Shown: in pieces, positions 1-8,694 of the stretch
Numbering within the stretch: the stretch's first letter is position 1
Layout: the number at the start of each line of letters is the position of its first letter
Notes under the pieces: model-generated
Database searches by the model: none
What the model was told of the DNA's origin: nothing
Seen by the model: only the letters and a program-made list of their open reading frames with translations
IMG/VR virus record: IMGVR_UViG_3300045988_021923
Reading direction: 5' to 3' (one strand)
Origin: a virus
DNA length: 42,154 bases
Translations under genes and position numbers: made by a program

Positions 1-60
1 TCGGTTGATTATTCAACCGGTTTCAACTGTTCGGTTGATTATTCAACCGGTTTCATTTGT
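1..60. repeat. Two tandem 30-bp units TCGGTTGATTATTCAACCGGTTTCAACTGT (second unit ends CATTTGT)
   Basis: Direct reading. Identical units recur at 42069-42154. Each unit holds inverted heptamers CGGTTGA/TCAACCG and the palindrome AACCGGTT. Confidence 0.95.
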
Positions 61-216
61 ATCTGGGGGTCCTGCCGGAGGATTGACCTCCGGCTTTTTC
101 TCGCCCAAAATTTCCCCCGCCTCGGCCTCGGTGATAACGCCCTTTTTCACGGCGCTACGCACCATGTCGGCGGTCCAAAGCCCCTGCGCGTACCATTTTG
201 CGATTTTCTCTTTCAT
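43..216 (-). CDS. xkdX: XkdX-family small phage protein (57 aa)
   Basis: Not in the ORF track (<60 aa). ATG at 216, TGA at 43-45 inside repeat unit 2, GGAGGG SD. MKEKIAKWYAQGLWTADMVRSAVKKGVITEAEAGEILG fits the WY..GLWT...V.KG.IT...I.G pattern of XkdX proteins that follow tail-fibre genes. Confidence 0.7.
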   Translation of the reverse strand: MKEKIAKWYAQGLWTADMVRSAVKKGVITEAEAGEILGEKKPEVNPPAGPPDTNETG

Positions 217-217
217 A

Positions 218-508
218 TCAGCCCTCCATCAGCGTGTCGGTCATCATGGCCGTATACGCTATCTGCGCTTCCAGCCGGTCAAGCTGCGTCGGCTCCGGCG
301 TTGGCTCAGGCTCCGGCTCCGGCACCGTCCCGGCAGTCATCTTCGTCACCACGTTCCCCTCTACCTCGATGTCCACAAACGGGAACGTCTCCGGCACGGC
401 CATCCCCGCCGGGATCTCCGCCCAGCCGGGAGGCGGAGCCGTAATAGCGCTGGAGGTCTGGTTGTTGTGTGCGCCGTTTTCCAGCGCTTTGATCTCAATG
501 ATCTGCAT
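218..508 (-). CDS. Hypothetical protein between tail fibre and XkdX-like gene (96 aa, PEPEPEPTPEP linker)
   Basis: Track ORF 218..598 trimmed to ATG 508 (MQIIEIKALENGAHNN). This start has a GGAGG SD and lies 2 nt after the fibre stop. Confidence 0.7.
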   Translation of the reverse strand: MQIIEIKALENGAHNNQTSSAITAPPPGWAEIPAGMAVPETFPFVDIEVEGNVVTKMTAGTVPEPEPEPTPEPTQLDRLEAQIAYTAMMTDTLMEG

Positions 509-510
509 AA

Positions 511-2121
511 TTAAGCCTCCGAGAAAAATGCCGCATATCCATATTTTGTAGCTTGATTGCACATAGCCCCAACATAGGCTGCTCCGCCAATCGTCCATGT
601 TAAGGTTGCCTTTTGAGCATTAGCAGATACGGTGAGAGGTTTTGCGTCAAATATGTTATTAGCTTGATTATTTTGGTTTACTCCGTAGATTGCCATTTTT
701 GCTGATTGCGGGAAAAGTATGCAAAACCCTCCATCGTATGCGTTTTTCATTTCTTGGACCGGGAAAACGAACACAATCATAGGCTCTGCCTTAAAAACAA
801 GCGAGCGAGTAATATTAGTGCCATAATCTCCGGTGCCCGTATACGTCCCTGTCTCTATGCTTGCCGCCCCCGCAATTTGCTTTAAGGGGATATTGACCAT
901 ATTCCCAAGCACATCTACCAGCCCCGGCTCGTCTTTAAATGTGGTGTCGGGGGTGTAATAGGGGCTGATTGCGGACGGAGCACCTTGCGAATGGAAGCAG
1001 AAAACGCCGTTAATGTATGCCAGGCTCCCCTGCTGCGATGCCACGCCATCCGCAATGCGTTTAAAATTAAGTCCATCAAAGCTCACAAGAGACTCAAGGC
1101 CAAATTTAATGAGCACATTGACATCACTGCACGCAAGCTGCTCCACAATGGTTGTAACATTTGTTTCGCTCGATTGATAATTTGCGTCGGACAACTGCCA
1201 CTCTTTTAGGTCCTCGCTGTGCGCTATGCCATACGGGGTATACGCAAAATATTTTCCTTTAAATTTTACAAAAGCAACGTCGAAAAGTGTATTTGGCAGG
1301 TCCGCAGACGTAAAAACCGTTTCAAAACTATCAGATTTTAGCTTAATGACCTGAAATTTTTTGGAGACTTTGGCCGCAATATAGAAGCCATCGGGACCGT
1401 CAATGCCATTGTTAAAGCCTGACGCTGACGCTCCGAGATTGTATGTGTTTTCCCAATTTTCCGCATCACTGCTCAAATACACCTTGCCGGATATGTCGAT
1501 AAGGACAAATTTGCTCAGATAATTGCTGTAAAACAGGTTGTACGCAATGTTAGTTAGCGATAGCGTGCACTTTAAAGTCCATGTAGACAGATTTTGCGTA
1601 GCATAAATAATTGCCTTGTATGGGCTTGATGTAATGGGAATCAGGAGATAATATGTGTCACCCGCATACACAATTCTGTGTCTACCACCATAGTTATAAC
1701 CACCCGATACAGTTGGGATCGTAAATGTTGTCCATGTTTTTCCGTCCGTTGACATGACTGCGGTTGTGCCGCTGATTGGGAACGAAAAAAGGATGTTGTT
1801 TGCAACCGCAATTGCCTGCCACACGGACCCGCTGACGTTGGGCGCAGTACCCTTTTCCCAATTCTGCCCAGCGTACACATCTACAACCGGATAGGTGCCC
1901 TCCAATACGCTCTTGCTCAGCACATCCAGCACCTCATCCGGCACTGCTGTATTGTCCATGCCGTACTTTTCCGCCGTGGCGTCCTTCAAAAGCGTTACCT
2001 TGTTGAGCGGCGTCCCCTCCTGCGTGGGCTGGTCCGCCCGGGCCATATCAAAGGTGTTTTCCTGTCCGGCCACCGGGGTCAGCGTCACCCGCCCCGGGTA
2101 AAGTGGTACTCTGTCTTGCAT
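511..2121 (-). CDS. Tail fibre / receptor-binding protein (536 aa)
   Basis: Track ORF trimmed to ATG 2121 (GGAGA SD). The N-terminus MQDRVPLYPGRVTLTPV..NTFDMARAD..GTPLNKVTLL resembles the conserved anchor of Firmicutes prophage fibres. The AT-richer C-terminal ~450 aa has repeated Trp-containing beta-like segments. Confidence 0.7.
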   Translation of the reverse strand: MQDRVPLYPGRVTLTPVAGQENTFDMARADQPTQEGTPLNKVTLLKDATAEKYGMDNTAVPDEVLDVLSKSVLEGTYPVVDVYAGQNWEKGTAPNVSGSVWQAIAVANNILFSFPISGTTAVMSTDGKTWTTFTIPTVSGGYNYGGRHRIVYAGDTYYLLIPITSSPYKAIIYATQNLSTWTLKCTLSLTNIAYNLFYSNYLSKFVLIDISGKVYLSSDAENWENTYNLGASASGFNNGIDGPDGFYIAAKVSKKFQVIKLKSDSFETVFTSADLPNTLFDVAFVKFKGKYFAYTPYGIAHSEDLKEWQLSDANYQSSETNVTTIVEQLACSDVNVLIKFGLESLVSFDGLNFKRIADGVASQQGSLAYINGVFCFHSQGAPSAISPYYTPDTTFKDEPGLVDVLGNMVNIPLKQIAGAASIETGTYTGTGDYGTNITRSLVFKAEPMIVFVFPVQEMKNAYDGGFCILFPQSAKMAIYGVNQNNQANNIFDAKPLTVSANAQKATLTWTIGGAAYVGAMCNQATKYGYAAFFSEA

Positions 2122-2132
2122 ATTGTCTCCTT

Positions 2133-2525
2133 TCAGGTCTCTCCGGCGTAGAGGTCGCCGGAGAAAAACCACGCCTGCTCCATGTTGGTAATAAGGGTAT
2201 TAAGGTCCTGCAAAATGCGCTCAATGTCGTTGGCCTTGAGGTAATCTAAAAACCGCATGGTTTCCGGCGTCTTCGGCGTGGACGCCATCACGGCAATGAC
2301 TGCCCGCAGAATTGCAATGTTGCCCCGGTACGTCTCCATCTGGCTTGCAGTCGGCGTGTCCGATTCGGACCAGTCCGCCTTTGGGCTGACCTCCACGGCG
2401 TAGCCATAGCCGGTGAACCGCTCCGCCAGATACCGCACCGCCTCGCCCACCCGGTTCAGGTCGGAGGCGTTGTAAAACGTCCCCGGCCCCCGATTGGTAA
2501 TAAGTGTGGAAAAATCAAACGCCAT
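2133..2525 (-). CDS. Tail-fibre-module hypothetical protein (130 aa)
   Basis: Trimmed to ATG 2525 (MAFDFSTLITNRGPGTFYNASDLNRVGEAV). From recollection only, this family recurs next to fibre genes in Clostridia prophages. Confidence 0.6.
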   Translation of the reverse strand: MAFDFSTLITNRGPGTFYNASDLNRVGEAVRYLAERFTGYGYAVEVSPKADWSESDTPTASQMETYRGNIAILRAVIAVMASTPKTPETMRFLDYLKANDIERILQDLNTLITNMEQAWFFSGDLYAGET

Positions 2526-2553
2526 ACGCCCTCCCGTGTCCGAATCGGACCGC

Positions 2554-2838
2554 TCACTTGTCATAGTAGACCACCACGCACCCGTGGACGCCCATGCTGG
2601 GCGGCTCCGGGTCTCCGGGATAGTTGTCAACAACGTCTACTTCGACCTCCTCCCAGTAATAGCCGCCCTTATCGTCCCGGCGCTTCTTCCACTTTTTCTC
2701 CTTGTGCGTGTTGCCCTTCACGCCGCCGATGCCTCGGATGCCGCCGTTTCCGCTGCCGGGGATGGGGTTTTTCACGCCAGAGCGCCCAAAGCTGTCGCCG
2801 CTCCGCACGTCGGTATAGCCGTTGGTGTAGCGCGTCAT
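2554..2838 (-). CDS. Small Gly/Lys-rich tail-module protein (94 aa)
   Basis: ATG 2838 overlaps the upstream stop as ATGA. Trimmed from track ORF 2554..2943. Confidence 0.55.
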   Translation of the reverse strand: MTRYTNGYTDVRSGDSFGRSGVKNPIPGSGNGGIRGIGGVKGNTHKEKKWKKRRDDKGGYYWEEVEVDVVDNYPGDPEPPSMGVHGCVVVYYDK

Positions 2839-4295
2839 GATTTGACCTCCGCTTTGTAGACAACGGTGTTGGAAAGCGTGATGTCCATTTTGTTCAGGTT
2901 CCCGGTCAGCAGCGTTCCCCACGGGGTGTAAATGCTGACGCAATCGCCCAGCTTTTCACCGTCATAAACGATTTTTGCGGAGATTGCATCGCGGCGCTGG
3001 TAATAGTCATAGACGCGCTGCGCCGCCGCTTGCCCGATGTCTGTTGAAACCAACGTTGCGTCTTTAATTTCCTTGACATTAACCTTGTCCGTGGCGATAA
3101 CATCGGGATTGCTCACGGAGTACACCGTTTTAGTGTCGGTGTATTTCTGGCCGTTGATTTCCACGTCCCCGCTGCTGCTTGCGGCGTAAGTGTGCGCCAC
3201 AACGGAAACTTTGGTCACAACGGAAGATGTCTTGACGCTTGCGCCGGTAAATGTCCTGTCCTGCGGGATTGTCTCCGCAGCAGACGGAAGATTAAATACC
3301 CGGATAACCTCGCCACCGTCTGTGGCAAGACACACGCCCCATGCGAAAATGACGTGCTGTATGGCGGAGCGGCTTGTGCCGGACTGGATAACGCCCTTTA
3401 GCGTTGCGCCCGTTACACCGTCTGCATATTCCACCGTAAACGGCGCACAGAGCGTTTCCAGCAGCGTCTTTGCGCTGATGCCGGATAGATACGCACCGCC
3501 AGAAAATGGCGTATCATCCAGCACGCCTAAAGCGTCCTTGCAGTCGATTTTGTATACCCGGTCGCTCTTGCGGTCGCTACCGTCAATGTAGTACACGCCC
3601 AGCGTCTTACCGTTGTTCTGTACTTCTACCGGCTGTTTGAGCTGGAACAGGTAATCCACATCTTCCAAACTGTCCAATGTCCATTTGAATGTGGAAATCG
3701 GAAGCTCAATCGCGCCCTCGTTCATCTGGTTTGTAATGGACGCTGCCCGCAGCTCATTCATGCCAAACGTGCGTGTTACACCAAACACAATACGGTCCAG
3801 CTTTGCCCTGCGGAGCGGCACAGAGGTCTTTTCAATGGTCAGCACGATTTTGTCATAGCTTTCCACGCGTTTAGAGCAAAAATAGTTGACCGCGTTCGGC
3901 TGATATTCCTGCTCCGCTTTTAGCGTTGTCCCCTGATACCATTGCAATTTGACCTGAGAGCAATATTCGCCGGTCGATTCTTCACCGATGAGGCTGACGC
4001 CCATGCTGGAAAACTGTTTGGAAAATGTAATGGTAATGACCGGGTTCGCTGTAAACGTGCCATCTGCTCCGGAAATATCCGTTGACCAAAACGCAATCAC
4101 GCTTTCTTCCAAAAATCGGTCAAATGTCCCGTCCAACGCCCAGCGGTTATGTTCCAGCGTGATGATTTTGCCCGGTGATACGCCGGGAGGGAGCTTTTGC
4201 AGAACGCTTTCCGACATAGCGACGGTTGCCGCTACTGTGGCGTTTTCTTCAGCGCCTACCGCAACATCGCGGTAAATGACTTTTGTTTTTGCCAT
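2835..4295 (-). CDS. Tail tip / baseplate structural protein (486 aa)
   Basis: Long ORF directly after the tape measure and the Dit-position gene. Assigned by synteny; no enzymatic motif recognised. Confidence 0.6.
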   Translation of the reverse strand: MAKTKVIYRDVAVGAEENATVAATVAMSESVLQKLPPGVSPGKIITLEHNRWALDGTFDRFLEESVIAFWSTDISGADGTFTANPVITITFSKQFSSMGVSLIGEESTGEYCSQVKLQWYQGTTLKAEQEYQPNAVNYFCSKRVESYDKIVLTIEKTSVPLRRAKLDRIVFGVTRTFGMNELRAASITNQMNEGAIELPISTFKWTLDSLEDVDYLFQLKQPVEVQNNGKTLGVYYIDGSDRKSDRVYKIDCKDALGVLDDTPFSGGAYLSGISAKTLLETLCAPFTVEYADGVTGATLKGVIQSGTSRSAIQHVIFAWGVCLATDGGEVIRVFNLPSAAETIPQDRTFTGASVKTSSVVTKVSVVAHTYAASSSGDVEINGQKYTDTKTVYSVSNPDVIATDKVNVKEIKDATLVSTDIGQAAAQRVYDYYQRRDAISAKIVYDGEKLGDCVSIYTPWGTLLTGNLNKMDITLSNTVVYKAEVKS

Positions 4296-4303
4296 GCGTC
4301 ACC

Positions 4304-4699
4304 TCACGGCTTCACTTGCGCGTCCATGGGGATAAAATTCACTTCGATTTCGCCCCAATAATTCACACCATCTTCAGCCTTTTCGATGTCCTGCGAGGCG
4401 CTGGTGTAATACGCCTCATAGGAAATCGTGGTCTGTCCATCCGCCGCCTCCAACATTACGGAATCATCTACACTGTGCTGGAAAAGGTACTCCCAAAATT
4501 CATCCAGCCCTGCGTAGTTATCCCCCCGCCGAAACACTGTGATTTTATGACCGAGGTACGAGCCTATAACGTCTCGTACCATTCGCCCGGTCATCACACG
4601 CCCCGCATTTTCACCGTCAAGGACGTTAAAATAGCGGTTGTATTTGGAGATTGCCACATCGGCGTCAAATACCTTGCCATTCAGTTTAATGTAACTCAC
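4304..4699 (-). CDS. Distal-tail-position protein (131 aa)
   Basis: GTG 4699 with GGAGGTG SD, 1 nt after the tape-measure stop. Function assigned by position only. Confidence 0.5.
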   Translation of the reverse strand: MSYIKLNGKVFDADVAISKYNRYFNVLDGENAGRVMTGRMVRDVIGSYLGHKITVFRRGDNYAGLDEFWEYLFQHSVDDSVMLEAADGQTTISYEAYYTSASQDIEKAEDGVNYWGEIEVNFIPMDAQVKP

Positions 4700-4700
4700 A

Positions 4701-7250
4701 TTACACCTCCGCCAGATTGACGCCAATACGGTTGCTTTCGGACTTGTTCAGGCGGTACACAATGCGGCCCAGCGCCTCATCATCCAGCATCAATACAGCT
4801 TCACTCTGCCCGCCATAGCCACCCTCAGAGAGCGCCTGACGGAACGCCTGAACCATTGTGCTGAGAGGCGTCTCAATGTTCGTCCCCTGCTTTTGGTCTC
4901 CCAGCACCGCCAAGAACTCCCTGTTCGGGGGAATGACTGCGCCGGTAGCCAGCTTCGGCAGCGGGATTGTGGGAACATTGATGTGGCCTACATGGTGATA
5001 AAATGTCCCCGTCAGCTCCGCAAGGCTGTTTGCCGCGTCTACCAGCTCATTAAGCGCGTCAATCGCATTGTTCACGCCCTGCTGCAACGTGGTCAGGATA
5101 TTGTTCCACTTGATTGTGAACGTCCGTCCCATGAGAGACCAGAAATTCGTCCACAGCTCAGAAAACGTTGTGCGGAACTGCGAAAAGCCTAACAGGAAAT
5201 TTGTCTGCCATGTGTTGAACGAAACATCGAGGCTGTCAAGCAGCGTTTGGAACACCTGAAGCACAAGGCCCTGACTTTCGGTAATGCCGTTTGCCATGCC
5301 TTGCATGAGGTAATCGCCCATTTGCGCCGTTTCGGTGGAGGGGGAATGAATACCGAGAACATCTTTCAGCTTGTCAATGATGCCGGTTCCCCAATTCTGG
5401 ATAGTGTCTTTTGCTCTGCTTAGACCACCCAGAACAGAATTGCTCCACCAATTTTTAATCTGCTCCCAGCTTGTTTTCAGTGCATCAAGCATTGCGTTCC
5501 AGTTTGGCTTGATTGCAACGGCCAATCCGGCAGAACCGGCCAAAAGCAGGCCAAGGCCCAACGGAATACCGGCTCCGCTAAACAGCAGGATTGCACCAAG
5601 TACAAGCAGCGCAGAGCTTACAAACGCTGTCACAGCGCCAATAGGGCCGCGCATTAGCTCTTGTACGGTATTCCAGTTTGCCGCTACAGCCGTTGCAAGG
5701 CCGATTGCGCCGACAATTATCATACCGATACCAAGTCCAATGTTGGCCCCGGAAAACGTCAAGATTGCGCCAATCACAAGCAGTGCGCCGGATATTAGCG
5801 CGGTAATTGCTCCAATGGGGCCTTCCAACAGTGACTTAATTGTGTCCCAATTCGCCGCAATGGTTGCCGCCATGCCAAGCGCACCAACAACCATAAGGCC
5901 AAGGCCAAGGCCGATATTTGCGCCAGAAAACAGCAGGATTACGCCGATTTCAAGCAGCGCGACACTCAACAGCGCCGTTAATACGCCAAGCGGGCCTTGC
6001 AGCAGTGCCTTGATTGTGTCCCAATTTGCAGCGATTACAGTTGCTAACCCAATCGCACCGGCAATCATTAAACCCAAACCTACCGGGATATTGGCCCCGG
6101 AGAAGACAAGCAGTGCACCGATGACAAGCAGCGCCCCCGATACAAGCGCAACAACCGCGCCTAACGAGCCTTGCAATAGCTCTTTGATTGCTTCCCAATT
6201 TGTAGTAACTGCGCCCCAAATTGCCAATGCGCCCAGCGCCATTAAGCCAATGCCAAGCGGGATATTAACGCCGGAAAACGTCAGGATTGCGCCCAGCGCC
6301 AAAAGCGCCGCACCGGCAAACAGCGAAACAATCGCGCTGAGTTGGTCATTGATGCTTGACGCAAAATTGGGAGCTGCTGACCCTGCGCCCCCGGAATTAT
6401 CGCCGGAGATTTTATTGATTTCATCAAACGATGCAAGGGACTTGCTTGCCTTTTTAGCCGCTCCGCCCACACCTTTTAATGCGTTTTGCTCGTCATATAG
6501 ATTTTCGGCGGCTTGTGCGCTTTCTTCAACTGTTGTGCCGAAAATCATAGATACAAGCTGAGATACAGCATTAACTACGCGGGTAATCACGTTGACCAAC
6601 AGCGTAAATGCTGGTATAATCAATTTTAGAATAGGCTGTGCAAGTGTCCGCAGCGCCCCTTTGAGCTTTGCAATGGAGGCCATTGCTTCATCATTGGTCT
6701 GGATTGCGCTCCAAACATAATCTTTCAGGGACCGCAGCGCCTTTGTGATTAAAGTAAACACAAACACGCGCCGCGCAAGGCCCTTAATGCGGTTAATGAA
6801 TTTTTGTATGCGCTTATCCGCTTCTTCAGCCGCATCAGACATATTATTTGTTTCTTCTGTTGCGCCCGCTAATTGTGCGGACAAATCTCCCGCTCTATCG
6901 CTCATTCGTTCAAGGTTTCGGGTATCTTTGGCAATGGACGCGTCCATGGTCTCAACCTTTTTTTGCACACCGTCCCATTCCTTTTGTAATGATGCTACAG
7001 TCTGCTCCTGCTCTTTTAATGCGGCAGATGAAACAAATTCGTTGCCGCTTTGCATTTCTGCGAGCTTTGCTTTTGCGGCGTCAAGGTTTGCGGCAAGCTG
7101 CTTTGACTGTTCCACCAGCGGCATTCTCTGCTGTTTCTTGTCGCTGATTTTATCGTTAAGCGTATCGATTTTTTTAGTCAGCCGGTTTAATTCAGTTTGG
7201 GCCTCTTTATCGTCGATTTCGGCTTTAATAATAAGAGAGCCATCCGCCAT
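4701..7250 (-). CDS. Tape measure protein (849 aa)
   Basis: Longest ORF in the window. It has an N-terminal coiled coil and central hydrophobic Gly-rich repeats, and lies between the chaperone genes and the distal tail genes. Confidence 0.9.
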   Translation of the reverse strand: MADGSLIIKAEIDDKEAQTELNRLTKKIDTLNDKISDKKQQRMPLVEQSKQLAANLDAAKAKLAEMQSGNEFVSSAALKEQEQTVASLQKEWDGVQKKVETMDASIAKDTRNLERMSDRAGDLSAQLAGATEETNNMSDAAEEADKRIQKFINRIKGLARRVFVFTLITKALRSLKDYVWSAIQTNDEAMASIAKLKGALRTLAQPILKLIIPAFTLLVNVITRVVNAVSQLVSMIFGTTVEESAQAAENLYDEQNALKGVGGAAKKASKSLASFDEINKISGDNSGGAGSAAPNFASSINDQLSAIVSLFAGAALLALGAILTFSGVNIPLGIGLMALGALAIWGAVTTNWEAIKELLQGSLGAVVALVSGALLVIGALLVFSGANIPVGLGLMIAGAIGLATVIAANWDTIKALLQGPLGVLTALLSVALLEIGVILLFSGANIGLGLGLMVVGALGMAATIAANWDTIKSLLEGPIGAITALISGALLVIGAILTFSGANIGLGIGMIIVGAIGLATAVAANWNTVQELMRGPIGAVTAFVSSALLVLGAILLFSGAGIPLGLGLLLAGSAGLAVAIKPNWNAMLDALKTSWEQIKNWWSNSVLGGLSRAKDTIQNWGTGIIDKLKDVLGIHSPSTETAQMGDYLMQGMANGITESQGLVLQVFQTLLDSLDVSFNTWQTNFLLGFSQFRTTFSELWTNFWSLMGRTFTIKWNNILTTLQQGVNNAIDALNELVDAANSLAELTGTFYHHVGHINVPTIPLPKLATGAVIPPNREFLAVLGDQKQGTNIETPLSTMVQAFRQALSEGGYGGQSEAVLMLDDEALGRIVYRLNKSESNRIGVNLAEV
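5481..6338. repeat. Five tandem 174-bp (58-aa) repeats inside the tape measure gene
   Basis: NW(D/E/N)xxx anchors at aa 351, 409, 467, 525 and 583. Each unit contains two hydrophobic helices of the type GALLVIGAILxFSGANIxLGxG. Confidence 0.8.
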
Positions 7251-7269
7251 AAAATCACCGCCTTACTTT

Positions 7270-7278
7270 TGCTAAAAT
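7270..7278 (+). promoter_or_regulatory. Candidate extended -10 promoter (TGcTAAAAT) for the PH-domain gene
   Basis: TGCTAAAAT lies 28 nt upstream of ATG 7306. No good -35 element. Confidence 0.35.
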
Positions 7279-7305
7279 ATAAAACTAAATTTGGGAGGGT
7301 GTATC

Positions 7306-7689
7306 ATGATAAACTTTAACAAGAACTCTGTTTGGAACTTAAAACCGATTGATGTTTCTGCCGTTCGTTCAGAAGTTACGGGGCTTCTCGTATCCGGCGA
7401 AGAAATTGTGTGCGCCTTTAAAACCATTCGGGACCAGCTTGTTTTTACAAACAAGCGCATCATTTCCATTGATGTTCAAGGCATTACCGGCACAAAGAAA
7501 TCATTTTCTTCTTTGCCATATTCAAAAGTCCAGTTCTTTGCAATTCAGACCCCCGGCATTATGGAAATGGTCCCTGACGCTGAACTGTTTTTAATGTTTT
7601 CCAGCGGTTTTACGGCAACATTTGAGTTCAAAGGCAACGTTGATATTGCCGAAATCGGAAGGATGATTTCAAATTACGTTCTTGCATAA
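7306..7689 (+). CDS. Bacterial PH-domain (YokE/bPH-like) protein, 127 aa, opposite-strand moron inside the tail operon
   Basis: ATG 7306 with GGAGGG SD 6 nt upstream. The pattern SGEEIVCAFKTIRDQLVFTNKRIISIDVQGITGTKKSFSSLPYSKV matches bacterial PH-domain proteins. The gene has its own terminator. Confidence 0.7.
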   Translation: MINFNKNSVWNLKPIDVSAVRSEVTGLLVSGEEIVCAFKTIRDQLVFTNKRIISIDVQGITGTKKSFSSLPYSKVQFFAIQTPGIMEMVPDAELFLMFSSGFTATFEFKGNVDIAEIGRMISNYVLA

Positions 7690-7694
7690 CTCCG

Positions 7695-7720
7695 CCGCCC
7701 TCATAAGAGGGCGGTTTTTT
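7695..7720 (+). terminator. Rho-independent terminator of the PH-domain gene
   Basis: CCGCCCTC-ATAA-GAGGGCGG followed by TTTTTT. Confidence 0.8.
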
Positions 7721-8264
7721 ATACCCACTTGCTGATAATGTCCTCGTCCTGCGCGGAATACTGCTTCTTAAAATCAATCAAATTGCGGTTCTGCTTGTAA
7801 AATTCTTGCTCCGCTTTATCCAGCTTTTTACCCTTCGCTTTCTTACTGCGAATGCTGACAACCTGAGAAAATGTACATTCCCCGATTTCCTGATACGCTG
7901 AAATAAACGTAAACCAATGCACCTTTTCGGCGCGGACTTCCTTGTTTAGCACCCGGTTAATGGGCGCGACAATCAACGGGAAATCCTGATGCCAGTCCAT
8001 TAGCTTAGGCCCGCGTTTCTCTGCCAGCTGTTCTTCTCCGCAGTTCATGAACTTAACGCACTGCCTTATGGCTTCTTCATAATCGCTCTGCGGCATTTCT
8101 GAAAAGGCCGGGTAAAAAATGTCAAGCATTGCTTCAGCCTTGTCCTGCTCCGTCAAATTCGGGTCAGAAAGGGCCTCAAAGATTGTCAGGATGTCCCGAT
8201 AATCTGAGCGGATTTCGTATTCCGTTCCGTTGACCTCTACAGAGGTCGGCAGGTCGAAAATCAT
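7719..8264 (-). CDS. Gp15-family tail assembly protein (181 aa)
   Basis: MIFDLPTSVEVNGTEYEIRSDYRDILTIFEALSDPNLTEQDKAEAMLDIFYP matches the bacteriophage Gp15 family. It sits immediately upstream of the tape measure region. Confidence 0.75.
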   Translation of the reverse strand: MIFDLPTSVEVNGTEYEIRSDYRDILTIFEALSDPNLTEQDKAEAMLDIFYPAFSEMPQSDYEEAIRQCVKFMNCGEEQLAEKRGPKLMDWHQDFPLIVAPINRVLNKEVRAEKVHWFTFISAYQEIGECTFSQVVSIRSKKAKGKKLDKAEQEFYKQNRNLIDFKKQYSAQDEDIISKWV

Positions 8265-8680
8265 TTGTGATACTTCTTAGTGTACTTGCTAATGCGGGGA
8301 TTGGTTGCTTTGCTTTCGCGGGCAAAGGTGGTGTCCACTTCATCCATGATAGAGAGCATCAGGTTCGCCCACGCCGGCAGACCGTCCGCCAGCGCGTACA
8401 CGTTCATTTCGCCAAACAGGGCCGTGCAGATATCAAAGCCGAACACGTCATTGATGATGTCGCGCATTTCCTCATCCATTTTGCGGGCCGTTTCAAACAC
8501 TTCCCGCTTATTGGCGGTCTTTTCAACCTCTGCCTTATATGCGTCCTGTTTCTTATCGAGGGTATCGAAAGCGTTAAACAGCTTTTCCACAAAGCCGCTG
8601 TCGGTCGGGTTAAACGAAAACTGGCAGCTCCCGTTGATGTTGTAAGTAACTAAGCCAGTATCAACAATAAGGTCTTTCAT
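8261..8680 (-). CDS. Tail assembly chaperone-position protein (139 aa)
   Basis: Lies between the major tail gene and the Gp15-like gene. ATGA overlap with the downstream gene. GGAGGA SD. Confidence 0.6.
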   Translation of the reverse strand: MKDLIVDTGLVTYNINGSCQFSFNPTDSGFVEKLFNAFDTLDKKQDAYKAEVEKTANKREVFETARKMDEEMRDIINDVFGFDICTALFGEMNVYALADGLPAWANLMLSIMDEVDTTFARESKATNPRISKYTKKYHK

Positions 8681-8694
8681 AGTTCCTCCAAATT

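Noticed and set aside
1-60. Terminal 30-bp repeats as a CRISPR array
   Set aside because: The units abut directly with no spacers, and there is no leader or cas gene. This is a plain tandem repeat.
5-514. 169-aa + strand ORF at the window start
   Set aside because: It is antisense to the XkdX-like gene and the 218-508 gene, Arg-rich and low in complexity, and begins inside the tandem repeat.
5371-6561. 396-aa + strand ORF, the largest non-annotated ORF in the track
   Set aside because: It is entirely antisense to the tape measure repeats. Its Pro/Ala/Ser-rich low-complexity translation mirrors the Gly/Ala/Leu codons on the other strand. It has no SD or promoter.
4701-7250. Diversity-generating retroelement or template/variable repeat pair involving the tape measure or fibre repeats
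   Set aside because: There is no reverse transcriptase anywhere in the window. The tape measure repeats are in-frame protein repeats, not a TR/VR pair with adenine-specific differences.
7719-8680. Programmed -1 frameshift between the two tail chaperone-position genes
   Set aside because: The two ORFs are joined by an ordinary ATGA stop-start overlap. I could not find a slippery heptamer near the junction.
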